Shown here: in pieces, positions 28,786-38,888 of the stretch
How positions within the stretch are numbered: the first letter of the stretch is position 1
Layout of the letters: each line of letters begins with the position of its first letter
Source of the DNA: Planctomycetota bacterium
Lineage (GTDB): Bacteria; Planctomycetota; Brocadiia; JAADGH01
DNA length: 64,000 nucleotides
Reading direction: 5' to 3'
Assembly: GCA_040755855.1 (NCBI GenBank)
Contig: JBFMAD010000002.1
Coordinates: 128,001 to 192,000, forward strand
The notes under the pieces: model-generated
Databases searched by the model: none
Told to the model about the DNA's origin: nothing
What the model saw: only the letters and a program-made list of their open reading frames with translations
Translations under genes and position numbers: made by a program

Positions 28786-28814
28786 TTGCAAAGAGTCGAA
28801 CGGCGGCATATAAT
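28786..28814 (+). promoter_or_regulatory. Sigma70-type promoter for the kinase gene
   Basis: TTGCAA-17 nt-TATAAT. Confidence 0.65.
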
Positions 28815-28859
28815 ACAGCCAGTGAAATCGGCATCCTGTGGGATACGGGAGAGAATGTC

Positions 28860-30956
28860 GTGGCAAATGCATCGAGTGGCCTGCCCCGCCTGGGCGGGTA
28901 TGAGCTGATCGGCAAGGTGGGCAAAGGCGGCATGGGCAATGTCTTCAAGGCCCGGCAAATCAGCATGGACCGCATCGTGGCCCTGAAGGTCCTTTCCTCG
29001 CAACTGGCCAAGGACGACAAGTTCGTCGCCCGCTTCCACCGCGAAGCGAAGGCCGCCGCGAAGCTCAGCCATATGAATATCATCCAGAGCATTGACGTCG
29101 GCGAGGAGGACGGCTACCACTATTTCGCCATGGAGTATGTCCAGGGGCCGACGGTGGACGACCTGCTCCAGAAGTCGAAGGTCCTCAAGGAGGACTTCTG
29201 CCTCGATATCATCTGCCAGACGGCTCGGGCGATCCAGGCCGCCGAGAAGCTCGGCATCATCCACTTCGACATCAAACCGAGCAACATCATGATCACGAAG
29301 GATCGCATTGCGAAGCTCGCCGACTTCGGTCTCGCCCGCCGCGTGGAGCGGACGGCCACCCGCGCCAAGCAGGGGCTGGTGTTCGGCACGCCGGAATATA
29401 TGTCCCCCGAACAGGCCCTCGGCAAGCCGGATGTGGACAGCCGTAGCGACATCTACTCCCTCGGCGTGAGCTTCTATCAGATGGTGACGGGCCGGCTGCC
29501 CTTCGAGGGCAAAACCCCGCGCGAAACGGTGGACCTTCGCCTCACCGGCAACCCCATCCCCGCAAAGCAACTCAACCCGGCCCTGTCCAACGAGACGTGC
29601 CAGATCATAGATCGGATGCTTGCGCGCGACCGGAACCAGCGATACCAAACAGCCGCAGAGCTCATCGAGGACCTGGAATATGTCACCAAGCAGCGCAGCG
29701 GCACAACCGAGGCCCAGGCCGCAGCGGGGATGCAGATTGACATACCGCCGGAAGAACTGGAGGCCGTGGAGCAGACCCGCTACGCCCCCAGGCGTCGGAA
29801 GATCGCAGGGCCGATCTTCGGCTTCATCATGCTCGTCGCCCTCGGCGGCGGGGTATTTTATGTGGTAAGGTATCGCCCGGACCTGATCGAAAAAGTGCAA
29901 AAGGATCTAAACATCACCATCGGCGCGCCCAAGCCCCAGCCGGTGGAGGAAGGCCCGAAGGTCGTCCTCCCGGAAAACCCAAAGTTCGTTCCGAAGGACC
30001 TCTCCAGTAGCGATACAGTCGGTAAAGCGGGAGAACATCGCATTCGCTCCAAGCAGGAAGGCCCCAGCCACCCCAAGGCGAAGGACTCCTACCGCCAGAT
30101 CATGGACATGCGCAAGACCCATCTGATGCAAAACGACTTCAAGGGCGTGCTCAAGGCATATGATTACTATCCCGATAACTACAAGTTCGCCGTGGAGTGG
30201 AAGCAGCTCGAGGAGCAGAAGAAAAAAGATTTAGAGGACATCAAGGTCAAGTTCAAGACCCAGAACGACGCCATGGGGGCGCTGGTGGCCGCGGATAAGA
30301 TCGGCGAGGCCCTCGATCTCGCCAAAAAGATCGAGGAACGCTTCCCGGAGGACATCCTCAAGGAGGCCGAGTTCGAGAAGAAGAAACAGCAGCTCCAGGG
30401 CCACCTCGCCAAGCAGGAGAAGGCAGGCGCGGCAAAGAAACAGGCCCTCCTCACGGCCTACCGCGACGCCGCAGGGCCGGCCTATAAAATGGCCCTCCAG
30501 GGGCAGTACGACAAGGCGAAGGGCGCGCTGGACGAACTGATGGTCAGCCCGGACTTCGCGGACGTCCAGAACGAAATCAAGAAAGAAAAGAAGGACATTG
30601 ACCTTCTGAACGAATACATGGACGCCGTCTATGCCGGGGGCAAGGAGCTGCAGGGGAAGAAGTTCAAGGTCGGCGGAATCGGGTCCACGCTCGTCAGCGT
30701 CGAGGACGGCGTGATCACCATCCAAATGGCCGGGAAGGAGAAGGCCCAACCCCTGGCGGACCTGAAGCCGGATGAGCTGAATCAACTCGCCCAGAAGGGC
30801 GGCTTCACCACCAAGCAGAGCATGGGCGACCTGCACCTCCGCTCCGCCATCTTCTATCACTTCGCCGGAAAGATGGGCGAGGCGACGATGGCGCTGCTGA
30901 AGGCGCAGGAGGAAGGCACAAACATAGACGCCTATCGGAGCTGGCTGTCGAAGTAG
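28860..30956 (+). CDS. Membrane-anchored Hanks-type Ser/Thr protein kinase
   Basis: 'GKGGMG.V', 'VALKV', 'HFDIKPSN', 'DFGLA', 'GTPEYMSPEQ', 'SDIYSLG', then one TM helix and a helical extracytoplasmic region. GTG start at 28860. Confidence 0.95.
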   Translation: MANASSGLPRLGGYELIGKVGKGGMGNVFKARQISMDRIVALKVLSSQLAKDDKFVARFHREAKAAAKLSHMNIIQSIDVGEEDGYHYFAMEYVQGPTVDDLLQKSKVLKEDFCLDIICQTARAIQAAEKLGIIHFDIKPSNIMITKDRIAKLADFGLARRVERTATRAKQGLVFGTPEYMSPEQALGKPDVDSRSDIYSLGVSFYQMVTGRLPFEGKTPRETVDLRLTGNPIPAKQLNPALSNETCQIIDRMLARDRNQRYQTAAELIEDLEYVTKQRSGTTEAQAAAGMQIDIPPEELEAVEQTRYAPRRRKIAGPIFGFIMLVALGGGVFYVVRYRPDLIEKVQKDLNITIGAPKPQPVEEGPKVVLPENPKFVPKDLSSSDTVGKAGEHRIRSKQEGPSHPKAKDSYRQIMDMRKTHLMQNDFKGVLKAYDYYPDNYKFAVEWKQLEEQKKKDLEDIKVKFKTQNDAMGALVAADKIGEALDLAKKIEERFPEDILKEAEFEKKKQQLQGHLAKQEKAGAAKKQALLTAYRDAAGPAYKMALQGQYDKAKGALDELMVSPDFADVQNEIKKEKKDIDLLNEYMDAVYAGGKELQGKKFKVGGIGSTLVSVEDGVITIQMAGKEKAQPLADLKPDELNQLAQKGGFTTKQSMGDLHLRSAIFYHFAGKMGEATMALLKAQEEGTNIDAYRSWLSK

Positions 30957-31017
30957 CCCCAGCGCATTGCGCGCGTGATCCCATTCGGGCGAAGGGCCTT
31001 TCGAATGGACTTTGTGC

Positions 31018-31046
31018 TTGACAATACTCCACGAATCCGCTACCGT
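31018..31046 (+). promoter_or_regulatory. tRNA promoter
   Basis: TTGACA-17 nt-TACCGT. Confidence 0.5.
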
Positions 31047-31076
31047 GAGTCTGTCTGAGCGCGAACTGCCTCACGC

Positions 31077-31152
31077 ACCCCCGTAGCTCAGCGAATAGAG
31101 CGCTTGCCTCCGGAGCAAGAGGCCAGAGGTTTGAATCCTCTCGGGGGTGCCA
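31077..31152 (+). tRNA. tRNA-Arg (CCG)
   Basis: Cloverleaf ACCCCCG/CGGGGGT, GCTC/GAGC, CTTGC-CTCCGGA-GCAAG, AGAGG-TTTGAAT-CCTCT, with encoded CCA. Confidence 0.93.
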
Positions 31153-31214
31153 TGCAATCCCATTTCACGTCTGATGGATCGTTCCAGCCGCGGCATCCCC
31201 CAAACCGTTCCACC

Positions 31215-31244
31215 TTGACTTTACAGATGCGTTGCGGCTATGAT
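31215..31244 (+). promoter_or_regulatory. Sigma70-type promoter for the 31298-40310 gene run
   Basis: TTGACT-18 nt-TATGAT. Confidence 0.55.
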
Positions 31245-31297
31245 CTATTTTGGAGGGATTGTCGCAACAGCGTCTGTGCTGGAAGGAGTAGGTATTC

Positions 31298-33916
31298 GTG
31301 GCAAGTCTGGAAACGACGTACGTCGGTCTGAAGTTGAGAAGCCCCATCATCATCGCCTCGTCCGGCATCACCGAGCGAGTCGAGCTGCTGAAGAAGTGCG
31401 AGGAGAACGGCGCGGGCGCAGCCGTGATGAAATCGTATTTCGAGGAAGCCGTCTGCCGACATTCCCCCTCGCCCCGCTATCGGGTCGTACGCCATGACAT
31501 GGGCAAGGAAAAGACGTTCACCTTCATGTCCTACGAGCAGGCCAGTGAGTGGGCCATCGAGCGCTACGCCGAGGAGGTGGCCGCCGCCAAGTCGCAGCTC
31601 AAGCACCTGAAGGTCATCCCGAGCATCAACTGCCTCACCCGCGAAGGCTGGGTCACGAGCGCCAGGCTGTTGCAGGAAGCCGGCGCCGACGCCATCGAGA
31701 TGAACACCTCGTGCCCGCACGGCTCGATCACCTTCCGCGGCGGGGCCGTGGAGCAGACGATCTGCGATATGGTCAAGCCGGTGCGCGAGGCGCTCTCCAT
31801 CCCACTCGTCGCCAAGATCAGCCCCATGCTCACCTCGCCCCTCGCCCTGGTGAAGGCCCTGGAGGAGATCGGTGTGGACGGGGTGACGATCTTCAACCGC
31901 ATGACGGCCCTCGAGATTGACATCGAGAAGGAAAGGCCGATCATGCACGGGGGCTACATGGGCCACGGCGGGCCGTGGGCCTTGCTCTACCCCCTGCGAT
32001 GGATCAGCCAGATCAAGCCCCAGGTGAAAATTGACATCTCCGGCTCGGGCGGCGTGATGAGCTGGGAAGATGTGGTCAAGTACATCCTCGCCGGCGCGAC
32101 GGCGGTGCAGACGTGCACGGCCGTGATGCTGAATGGCTACGGGATCATCCGGGAGTTCCTCAACGGCGTGTCGGAATACATGGACCGGAAGGGATACAAG
32201 ACCCTCGATGATTTTCGCGGAAACGTCCATTCCAGAATCCTCGGCAACGAAGAGGTGGACCGGCGCAGGAAGGTCTATGCCTCCATTGACCGCAGCCTGG
32301 CCGCGCCGTGCAAGGCCGCCTGCCCCGCGGGCGTGCCGGCGCAGTCGTACGTCCGGCTGATCGCCGACCGGAAGTTCGACGAGGCCCTGACGCTGATTCG
32401 GTCGAAGAACCCCTTCCAATCCATCTGCGGGCGGGTGTGCTACCACCCCTGCGAGACGGCCTGCACCCGCGGCGACTTAGACGATCCCATCTCCGTCCGC
32501 GCCCTGAAGCGATTCGCCTGCGAATGGGGCCGGAAGAACCGGCCGCTCTCGGAGGAACCCATCGAGCGGGCGGCGGACACGGGAAAGAAGGTGGCCATCA
32601 TCGGCGCAGGCCCGGCGGGCCTGAGCGCCGCCTTCGACCTGGCGAAGTTGGGCCACGGGGTGACCGTGTTCGAGGGCAGCTCCGCCGCAGGGGGGATGCT
32701 GCGTTGGGGCATCCCTGAATATCGCCTCCCGCGAAAATTGTTGGAGGAGGAGATCAACTACATCCGGCGCGCCGGCGTGGACATCCAGCGCAACAAGCGG
32801 CTGGGCAAGGATGTTACGCTGGACGGCCTCCGTAGCGACGGCTTCGACGCCGTGCTCATTGCCATCGGCGCATGGCGCAGCGCCGAGATGGGCATCCCGG
32901 GCGAAAAGTCCGACGGCGTCGTCGCGGCGCTTGACTTCCTGGCGCCGATCAATCTGGGGAGCAAAATAGACGTGCCGGACCGCGTCGTGGTCGTGGGGGG
33001 AGGCAACTCGGCCATTGACTCCGCGCGCTGTGCGCTCCGGCTTGGCGCGAAGGAGGTCTATCTGGTCTATCGCCGCACGCGCGACGAGATGCCCGCCAGC
33101 GAGGAGGAGATTGACGACGCCGAGGCCGAGGGGGTGCGGATTCTCTACCTGGCCACGCCGGTCAAGGTGGTCCGAAAGAAGGGGAAAGTCGCCGGTCTGG
33201 TGTGCCGAGGCGGATACCTCGGCAAGGCGGGCAAGGACGGCCGCCGCGCGCCTGTGCCGATGGAAGATGTCGAGTATGTGCTGCCGGCCGAGATGATCAT
33301 CACCGCCGTGAGCCAGGCGCCGGACTCCTCGTCCCTCGCGTCGAAGAGGAAGCTCCGCGTCGGAAGGAACGGCACAGTCACGGTCAATGAAGTTACAGGA
33401 GCGACGAACCAAAAGGGCGTCTTCGCCGCGGGCGATGCCGCAGGCCGGCCGGGTTCGGTCATTGAGGCCATTGGCCACGGCAAGCGCGTGGCCATCCACA
33501 TTGACCGCTACCTCAGCGGCCTGGCGGGCATTGATGATAAGGCCGTCGTGCCGAAGTTACGCGAGGTTGACAAACGGTCGGTGATCCGTCGCAACATTGA
33601 CGAACCCCCCGCCGCGCGCGTCGAGGCGGTGAAGCTCTCCCCCGAACGGCGCGCGTCCGATTTTCGTGAAATCGAAAAAACGCTAACGGAGGAGGAAGCC
33701 GTCCGCGAGGCGTCGCGCTGCCTGGCCTGTGGCTGCGGGGTCGGCTGCGGCCTGTGCCACCGGATTTGCCTGCACGACGCCGTCGTGCAGGTCGAGGACG
33801 GCTACCGGATTGACGACCAGAAGTGCCAGGGCTGCGCGCTGTGCGAGCAGCGCTGCCCGAATGAAAATATCACGATGGTCCTGATCGAGAACCCGGAACC
33901 TGTGCCGACAGAATGA
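31298..33916 (+). CDS. Fusion oxidoreductase: dihydroorotate-dehydrogenase-like FMN barrel + GltD/PreT-like FAD/NAD(P) module + 2x[4Fe-4S] ferredoxin
   Basis: 'P.I.ASSG', 'KSYFEE', 'EMNTSCPH', 'KISP', 'FNR', 'SGGV', 'AGATAVQ'; then 'APCKAACP', 'CGRVCYHPCE..C', 'GAGPAG', 'GGGNSA', 'YRR', 'FAAGD'; then 'CLAC..GCGLC..IC' and 'CQGCALCEQRCP'. Confidence 0.9.
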   Translation: MASLETTYVGLKLRSPIIIASSGITERVELLKKCEENGAGAAVMKSYFEEAVCRHSPSPRYRVVRHDMGKEKTFTFMSYEQASEWAIERYAEEVAAAKSQLKHLKVIPSINCLTREGWVTSARLLQEAGADAIEMNTSCPHGSITFRGGAVEQTICDMVKPVREALSIPLVAKISPMLTSPLALVKALEEIGVDGVTIFNRMTALEIDIEKERPIMHGGYMGHGGPWALLYPLRWISQIKPQVKIDISGSGGVMSWEDVVKYILAGATAVQTCTAVMLNGYGIIREFLNGVSEYMDRKGYKTLDDFRGNVHSRILGNEEVDRRRKVYASIDRSLAAPCKAACPAGVPAQSYVRLIADRKFDEALTLIRSKNPFQSICGRVCYHPCETACTRGDLDDPISVRALKRFACEWGRKNRPLSEEPIERAADTGKKVAIIGAGPAGLSAAFDLAKLGHGVTVFEGSSAAGGMLRWGIPEYRLPRKLLEEEINYIRRAGVDIQRNKRLGKDVTLDGLRSDGFDAVLIAIGAWRSAEMGIPGEKSDGVVAALDFLAPINLGSKIDVPDRVVVVGGGNSAIDSARCALRLGAKEVYLVYRRTRDEMPASEEEIDDAEAEGVRILYLATPVKVVRKKGKVAGLVCRGGYLGKAGKDGRRAPVPMEDVEYVLPAEMIITAVSQAPDSSSLASKRKLRVGRNGTVTVNEVTGATNQKGVFAAGDAAGRPGSVIEAIGHGKRVAIHIDRYLSGLAGIDDKAVVPKLREVDKRSVIRRNIDEPPAARVEAVKLSPERRASDFREIEKTLTEEEAVREASRCLACGCGVGCGLCHRICLHDAVVQVEDGYRIDDQKCQGCALCEQRCPNENITMVLIENPEPVPTE

Positions 33917-33922
33917 AAGGCC

Positions 33923-34936
33923 ATGATCGAAAGCCCTCTGCCAGTCGGGAAAGTCCCCCCCCAAATTCTCCGCAGATGCCTGGCATCAAACAAGATTATG
34001 GACAAGCGCGTCATCGTCGGTCCGGGCATCGGCGAGGACGCGGCGGTGATTGACTTCGGCGAGACCTATCTCGTGGCGAAGACCGACCCGATCACCTTCG
34101 CCACCGACCGTATCGGCTGGTACTCGATCCACATCAACGCGAACGACATCGCCACGATGGGGGCGCGGCCGCGCTGGTTCCTCGGTACGGTTCTCTTCCC
34201 GGAAGGGCAGACTGACGAGGCGCTTGTCGAGAAGGTCTTCGACGACATCCGAACCACGTGTAACGATCTCGACATCGAGCTGGTCGGCGGGCACATGGAG
34301 ATCGCCTACGGAATGCCGCGCACGATCGTCGTCGGCCAGATGCTCGGCGAGGTGAGCAAGGACAAACTGGTGCGCAGCGAGAACGCCCGTCCCGGCGACG
34401 ACGTCATCCTGACGAAGGGCATCGCCGTCGAGGCCACGTCCATCATCGCCCGCGAGAAGGCCGAGCAACTGCGCGGCAAGTTCGACGAGCCCTTTCTCGA
34501 ACGGTGCCGCAATTTCTTGACCGACCCGGGGATCAGCGTCGTCACGGACGCCCTCACGGCGAATGAGGCCGCGGCGGTCCATGCCATGCACGATCCCACC
34601 GAGGGCGGCCTGGCCACGGGGCTGCGGGAGCTGGCCGAGGCGGCGGGGTGCGGCATCCGTGTGGACGCGAAGCGGATTCATGTGTTCGACGAGTGCAAGG
34701 ATCTGTGCGCGCACTTCGGTCTCGACCCGCTCGGCGTGATCGCGTCCGGCGCGCTCCTCATCGCCGTCGCTCCCGCCGACACGGAAAACGTCTTGCAGGC
34801 CCTGGCCTCGGAAGGTATAAAGGCGAGCGTTATCGGTCGGCTCACGGAAAAGTCGGATGGACTGAAGATGGAATCGAAGGGGACGGTGCGAGACTTGCCC
34901 GCCTTCCCGGCCGACGAGATCGCAAGGCTCTTCTGA
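33923..34936 (+). CDS. AIR synthase-related (HypE-like) protein
   Basis: 'GPGIGEDAAV', 'TDPIT', 'NANDIA..GA.P', 'GGH.E', 'MHDPTEGG', 'DPLG.IASG'. Confidence 0.88.
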   Translation: MIESPLPVGKVPPQILRRCLASNKIMDKRVIVGPGIGEDAAVIDFGETYLVAKTDPITFATDRIGWYSIHINANDIATMGARPRWFLGTVLFPEGQTDEALVEKVFDDIRTTCNDLDIELVGGHMEIAYGMPRTIVVGQMLGEVSKDKLVRSENARPGDDVILTKGIAVEATSIIAREKAEQLRGKFDEPFLERCRNFLTDPGISVVTDALTANEAAAVHAMHDPTEGGLATGLRELAEAAGCGIRVDAKRIHVFDECKDLCAHFGLDPLGVIASGALLIAVAPADTENVLQALASEGIKASVIGRLTEKSDGLKMESKGTVRDLPAFPADEIARLF

Positions 34937-34945
34937 GATCGTGGT

Positions 34946-36067
34946 ATGGACATTGCAAAGATTCGCGAGCAGTTTCCCATTACGAAGCGCCTTATCTTCA
35001 TGGACCACGCCGGCGTCGCGCCGATATCGAACTGCACCCGCGACGCCATGACGGAGACGCTGCGCGAGATCAACGAGTCCGCCGCCGCACGAAGCGGTGA
35101 ATGGGACCGCAAGATTCGCCGCGCCCGCGAAGGGGCGGCGGAGCTCATCGGGGCATCCGCCGGGGAAATCGCTTTTGTGAAAAATACGACGGAGGGCATC
35201 CTTATCGTCGCCAACGGGATCGCTTGGCGCAAGGGCGACAACATCGTCGTGCCCGACCAGGAGTTCCCCGCCAACGTCTATCCCTGGTGGAACCTGAAAC
35301 GGCTCGGCGTCGAGACCCGGATGGTTCCGGTGATGGACGGCCGTGTGCCCATTGAGGAGATCGAGGTGCTCGTTGATGACCGCACGCGCTGCATCGCCAT
35401 CAGCTTTGTCCAGTTCTCCAGTGGCTTCCGGGCCGATCTGAAGCGGATCGGCGAGATGTGCGCGGAGCGCGGCATCTTTTTCTGCGTGGACGCCATCCAG
35501 GGACTCGGCGCGCTGCGGCTCGACGTGAAGGAGTGCAAGATCCACTTCCTCTCCGCCGACGGGCACAAGTGGCTCCTCGGTCCGGAGGGGGCGGGGATTT
35601 TCTACTGCGATGAGGCGATGCTGGACCGTCTGGCGGTGGCGGGGCTCGGATGGATGAGCGTCATAAATCCCAGCGATTACCTGCCTTACCACATGACCCT
35701 GCACCCGGACGCACGGCGGTTCGAGTGCGGATCGTATAACACGGTGGGCATCATCGGCCTGGGGGCGTCGTTGGACTTCCTGCTGGAGATCGGCATTGAG
35801 AGCATCGAGGCCCAGGTCATCGCGCTCACCGACAAGCTGTGCGCGGGCCTGATTAACAAGGGGTATGACATCTACAGCCCGCGGGGGCCGGGCGAGAAGT
35901 CGGGAATCGTCTGCTTTTCGCATGTCGAGCATGACAGCAAAGACCTCGTGCGCATGTTGACAGAGAACAGCGTCGTGACGCGGGTACGATCCGGCCGTGT
36001 GCGGCTGTCGCCGCATTTTTACAATAGCGAAGAAGAGATTGACCGGGTGCTGGCATTGCTTCCGTAG
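34946..36067 (+). CDS. Class V PLP-dependent aminotransferase/cysteine desulfurase-like protein
   Basis: 'DHAG', 'NTTEG', 'EFPAN.YPW', 'VDAIQ', 'DGHKWLLGPEG', 'RLSPHFYN'. Confidence 0.9.
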   Translation: MDIAKIREQFPITKRLIFMDHAGVAPISNCTRDAMTETLREINESAAARSGEWDRKIRRAREGAAELIGASAGEIAFVKNTTEGILIVANGIAWRKGDNIVVPDQEFPANVYPWWNLKRLGVETRMVPVMDGRVPIEEIEVLVDDRTRCIAISFVQFSSGFRADLKRIGEMCAERGIFFCVDAIQGLGALRLDVKECKIHFLSADGHKWLLGPEGAGIFYCDEAMLDRLAVAGLGWMSVINPSDYLPYHMTLHPDARRFECGSYNTVGIIGLGASLDFLLEIGIESIEAQVIALTDKLCAGLINKGYDIYSPRGPGEKSGIVCFSHVEHDSKDLVRMLTENSVVTRVRSGRVRLSPHFYNSEEEIDRVLALLP

Positions 36068-36153
36068 CTGAACTCGTCGTAGCTGAACTCGCCAGAGTTC
36101 AGGCTCTTCGACGGGGCAGTGCGATTCGTCGGAAGTCTGGCGACTTCCGCTAC
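36064..36153. repeat. Heterotypic GTAG REP pair (REPIN), copy 1
   Basis: A partial duplication plus GTAGCTGAACTC-GCCA-GAGTTCAG (36079-36102), and CGGAAGTC-TGGC-GACTTCCGCTAC (36130-36153). Confidence 0.85.
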
Positions 36154-36175
36154 AAGAAATTGGAGTGTTGAGGAA

Positions 36176-37624
36176 ATGGCAAAGAAGCAAAACCCATTCG
36201 AACGATATAGTAACCCGCTCATCGAACGATATGCGGGCGAGGAGATGATCCGAAACTTCTCCGAGGCGCGGAAGGTCGGCCTCTGGCGGCGCTTGTGGAT
36301 CGCCCTGGCCGAGGCGGAGCGCGAACTCGGCCTCGACATCACGGCGGAACAGATTCGGGAGATGAAGCGCTTCCAGGACGACATCAACTTCGACGTCGCC
36401 CGCGAGCAGGAGCGAATGGTCCGGCACGACGTCATGGCGCACGTTCACGCCTTCGGCCTGCAATGCCCCAAGGCTAAGCCCATCATCCACCTCGGCGCGA
36501 CGAGCTGCTACGTGGGCGACAACGCTGAGCTGATCCAGATTCGCGACGCCTTGAGGATCGCGCAAAAAAATCTCGTCAATGTAATTGACGTCCTTGCGAA
36601 ATTCGCCCTCGCGCACAAGGACCTGCCCACCCTCGGCTTCACCCACCTCCAGCCCGCCCAGCCGACCACGGTGGGCAAGCGCGCCTGCCTCTGGATTCAG
36701 GACCTGGTCCTCGACATAGAGGAGGTCGAATACCGCATCGAGACGCTGCGCTTCCTCGGCGCCAAGGGGACCACGGGGACGCAGGCCAGTTTCCTTGCCC
36801 TGTTCAACGGCAGTCACAGCAAGGTCAAGCGGCTCGATCAACGGGTGGCCGCGAAAATGGGTTTCAAGAAGACCTACGCCGTCACCGGCCAGACCTATCC
36901 CCGGAAGGTGGATGCCCAGGTCCTGGCCGCGCTGGCGGGGATCGCCCAGTCGGCGCAGAAGTTCGCCGGCGACCTGCGGCTCCTCCAGAGTATGAAGGAG
37001 ATCGAGGAACCTTTTGAGAGCGGCCAGATCGGCTCGTCGGCCATGGCCTACAAACGCAATCCGATGCGGTGCGAGCGGATGGCCTCGCTGGCGCGGTTCG
37101 TCATCTGCACGTCATTGAATCCCGCCATCACCGCCGCCGAACAGTGGTTCGAGCGGACGCTGGACGATTCGGCTAACAAGCGGCTCACCATCCCGGAGGC
37201 GTTCCTGGCCGTGGACGCCATCCTGTCCATCTACCTGAACGTGGCGGCGGGTCTCGTGGTGCGACCCAAGATGATCCGGCGGCGTCTCATGGAAGAGCTC
37301 CCCTTCATGGCGACGGAGGAGATTCTCATGGCGGCGGTCAAGGCCGGCGGGGACCGGCAATTCCTGCACGAGCGCATCCGCATCCACTCCACCGAGGCGG
37401 CCAACCGGGTGAAAGACGAGGGGGGATCGAACGACCTGTTAGAGCGCCTGGCCAACGATCCGGCCTTTGCCAGGATTGCCGACGCGATTCCCGCGCTCAC
37501 CGACCCCGCACGCTTCGTGGGCCGCGCCCCGCAGCAGATGGCGGAGTTCATCAAATCGGTGGTCGGACCGATCCGAAAGCGATACGCCGCCGTCCTCGGC
37601 GCCCGCGCGGAACTGAAGGTGTAG
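36176..37624 (+). CDS. purB: Adenylosuccinate lyase
   Basis: 'RHDVMAH', 'IIHLGATS', 'GFTHLQPAQ', signature '[11 protein letters not shown]', 'ERTLDDSA'. Confidence 0.96.
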   Translation: MAKKQNPFERYSNPLIERYAGEEMIRNFSEARKVGLWRRLWIALAEAERELGLDITAEQIREMKRFQDDINFDVAREQERMVRHDVMAHVHAFGLQCPKAKPIIHLGATSCYVGDNAELIQIRDALRIAQKNLVNVIDVLAKFALAHKDLPTLGFTHLQPAQPTTVGKRACLWIQDLVLDIEEVEYRIETLRFLGAKGTTGTQASFLALFNGSHSKVKRLDQRVAAKMGFKKTYAVTGQTYPRKVDAQVLAALAGIAQSAQKFAGDLRLLQSMKEIEEPFESGQIGSSAMAYKRNPMRCERMASLARFVICTSLNPAITAAEQWFERTLDDSANKRLTIPEAFLAVDAILSIYLNVAAGLVVRPKMIRRRLMEELPFMATEEILMAAVKAGGDRQFLHERIRIHSTEAANRVKDEGGSNDLLERLANDPAFARIADAIPALTDPARFVGRAPQQMAEFIKSVVGPIRKRYAAVLGARAELKV

Positions 37625-37643
37625 CGTCTCAAGGGAGTATCTT

Positions 37644-38888
37644 ATGTTGGGTCCTCTGGGCGACGAAAAACGACGGTGGGGGTGCGGCAGGACGGCAGGG
37701 ATCGGTTGTCTCGTCTTCACAGTTCTTGCCGTCATAGGGATCGTCTGGTTCCTGCGGTTCCTGGTGGCGCCCGGAAACGTTCCTTCGGCGGAGGTATTCA
37801 TCACGCCCGAATGCAAAGGTTTTCTGATCGTTCGGATTCGTCCGGGCGACCAAGGCGTCATGGCGTTCTTGGTGGATCGGGAGAAAAAGTTCCAGAAGCA
37901 GCTGCAGAGCGGCGAGGCCACTCGTCCCCCGTGGATCTTCCGCCAGTTGCTTGGCGAGACGCCGTCCCAGACGTGGAAAAAGCTCATGCCCATCCAGATG
38001 GTCTGGACGGTGGAGCGGTGGCCGGAGTCCAAGAAGGTCGAAGGCATGTCCATGTTCAGCATGGCCCGCGGCAAGGGGGTCTTCTGGGGATTGCGTTCAC
38101 AACTGATGAGGAGCGCCGAGGGCGCCGAGTCGGCGGGCAAGTATAAAGAGAGACAGATCATTCTCCTCAAGGAGCCTTCCGTCGAAAAGAAAGGTCCGGA
38201 GAACTCTCGAGAAGGAAAGGAGGGGCGGACGGACCTCGGCGAAGGCAAAGCGCCGGCGGGGACGCCCATCCTTGGCCTGAACAAGCCGACCACGTATCCC
38301 TGGGTCACGATATTCGAAACCACCTTGCTCGAGGCCAGCTCGTTCGAGGGCATGAAAAGGGCCATTGACCTGGCGGCGGACGCCAATGCCGGATTCGCGG
38401 GCAAGGACTTCATCAAGTCGGCCTATGAATCCTTCGACAAAGAGAAGGAAGCCATCGGCGCGCTCGCCGACGAAGAGGAGACGGCGGCGCAGGTGATGAC
38501 ATACCTGTTGGCCCAGCTTTCGCCGGAGGAACAAACGACCATCCAGGAGCGGGTAAAACTTTCCGGCATCCGGACGCTGAGCGGATGGGCGGATATTGCC
38601 GCCGCCGACCGGGCCCATGCGCGTATCGAGGCCGTCTGCGCCGACGAGAAGAAGGCCCAGGCCGTCCATTCGACGCTGGCTATCGAGCTGGGCGCAATGC
38701 AGGATAAGAAGTCCATCGAGGCGCTGGCCCTTTCGGTGGAGGGGCCGAAAGTGTCCATCGAGTTCGATGTGACCGACCTCGACGACCTGCCGCGCGGGGA
38801 GCGAGAAAAGCGAGAGAAGGCCAGAAATAAACTCGAAGAACAGGCGAAGAAAAAGACGAAAAATGGCGACGCTGACGATAATCACTGA
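37644..38888 (+). CDS. Membrane-anchored hypothetical protein
   Basis: N-terminal TM helix; in frame between purB and thiE, overlapping the thiE start. Confidence 0.7.
   Translation: MLGPLGDEKRRWGCGRTAGIGCLVFTVLAVIGIVWFLRFLVAPGNVPSAEVFITPECKGFLIVRIRPGDQGVMAFLVDREKKFQKQLQSGEATRPPWIFRQLLGETPSQTWKKLMPIQMVWTVERWPESKKVEGMSMFSMARGKGVFWGLRSQLMRSAEGAESAGKYKERQIILLKEPSVEKKGPENSREGKEGRTDLGEGKAPAGTPILGLNKPTTYPWVTIFETTLLEASSFEGMKRAIDLAADANAGFAGKDFIKSAYESFDKEKEAIGALADEEETAAQVMTYLLAQLSPEEQTTIQERVKLSGIRTLSGWADIAAADRAHARIEAVCADEKKAQAVHSTLAIELGAMQDKKSIEALALSVEGPKVSIEFDVTDLDDLPRGEREKREKARNKLEEQAKKKTKNGDADDNH

Noticed and set aside
27945..28859. N-terminal 305 codons of the 1003-aa kinase ORF
   Set aside because: Overlaps the opposite-strand gene. 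A promoter at 28786-28814 and the RBS support a start at GTG 28860.
31077..31300. Integrative element at tRNA-Arg or tRNA-Glu
   Set aside because: No integrase and no duplicated tRNA 3' end in the window.
6930..33916. Dissimilatory sulfur (dsr) pathway from the DsrD-like and DsrL-like architectures
   Set aside because: No dsrABC in the window, and GltD+ferredoxin modules are widespread. The evidence is insufficient.
38700..38863. TPP riboswitch upstream of thiE/thiD
   Set aside because: thiE overlaps the upstream gene, so there is no leader, and I saw no TPP consensus.
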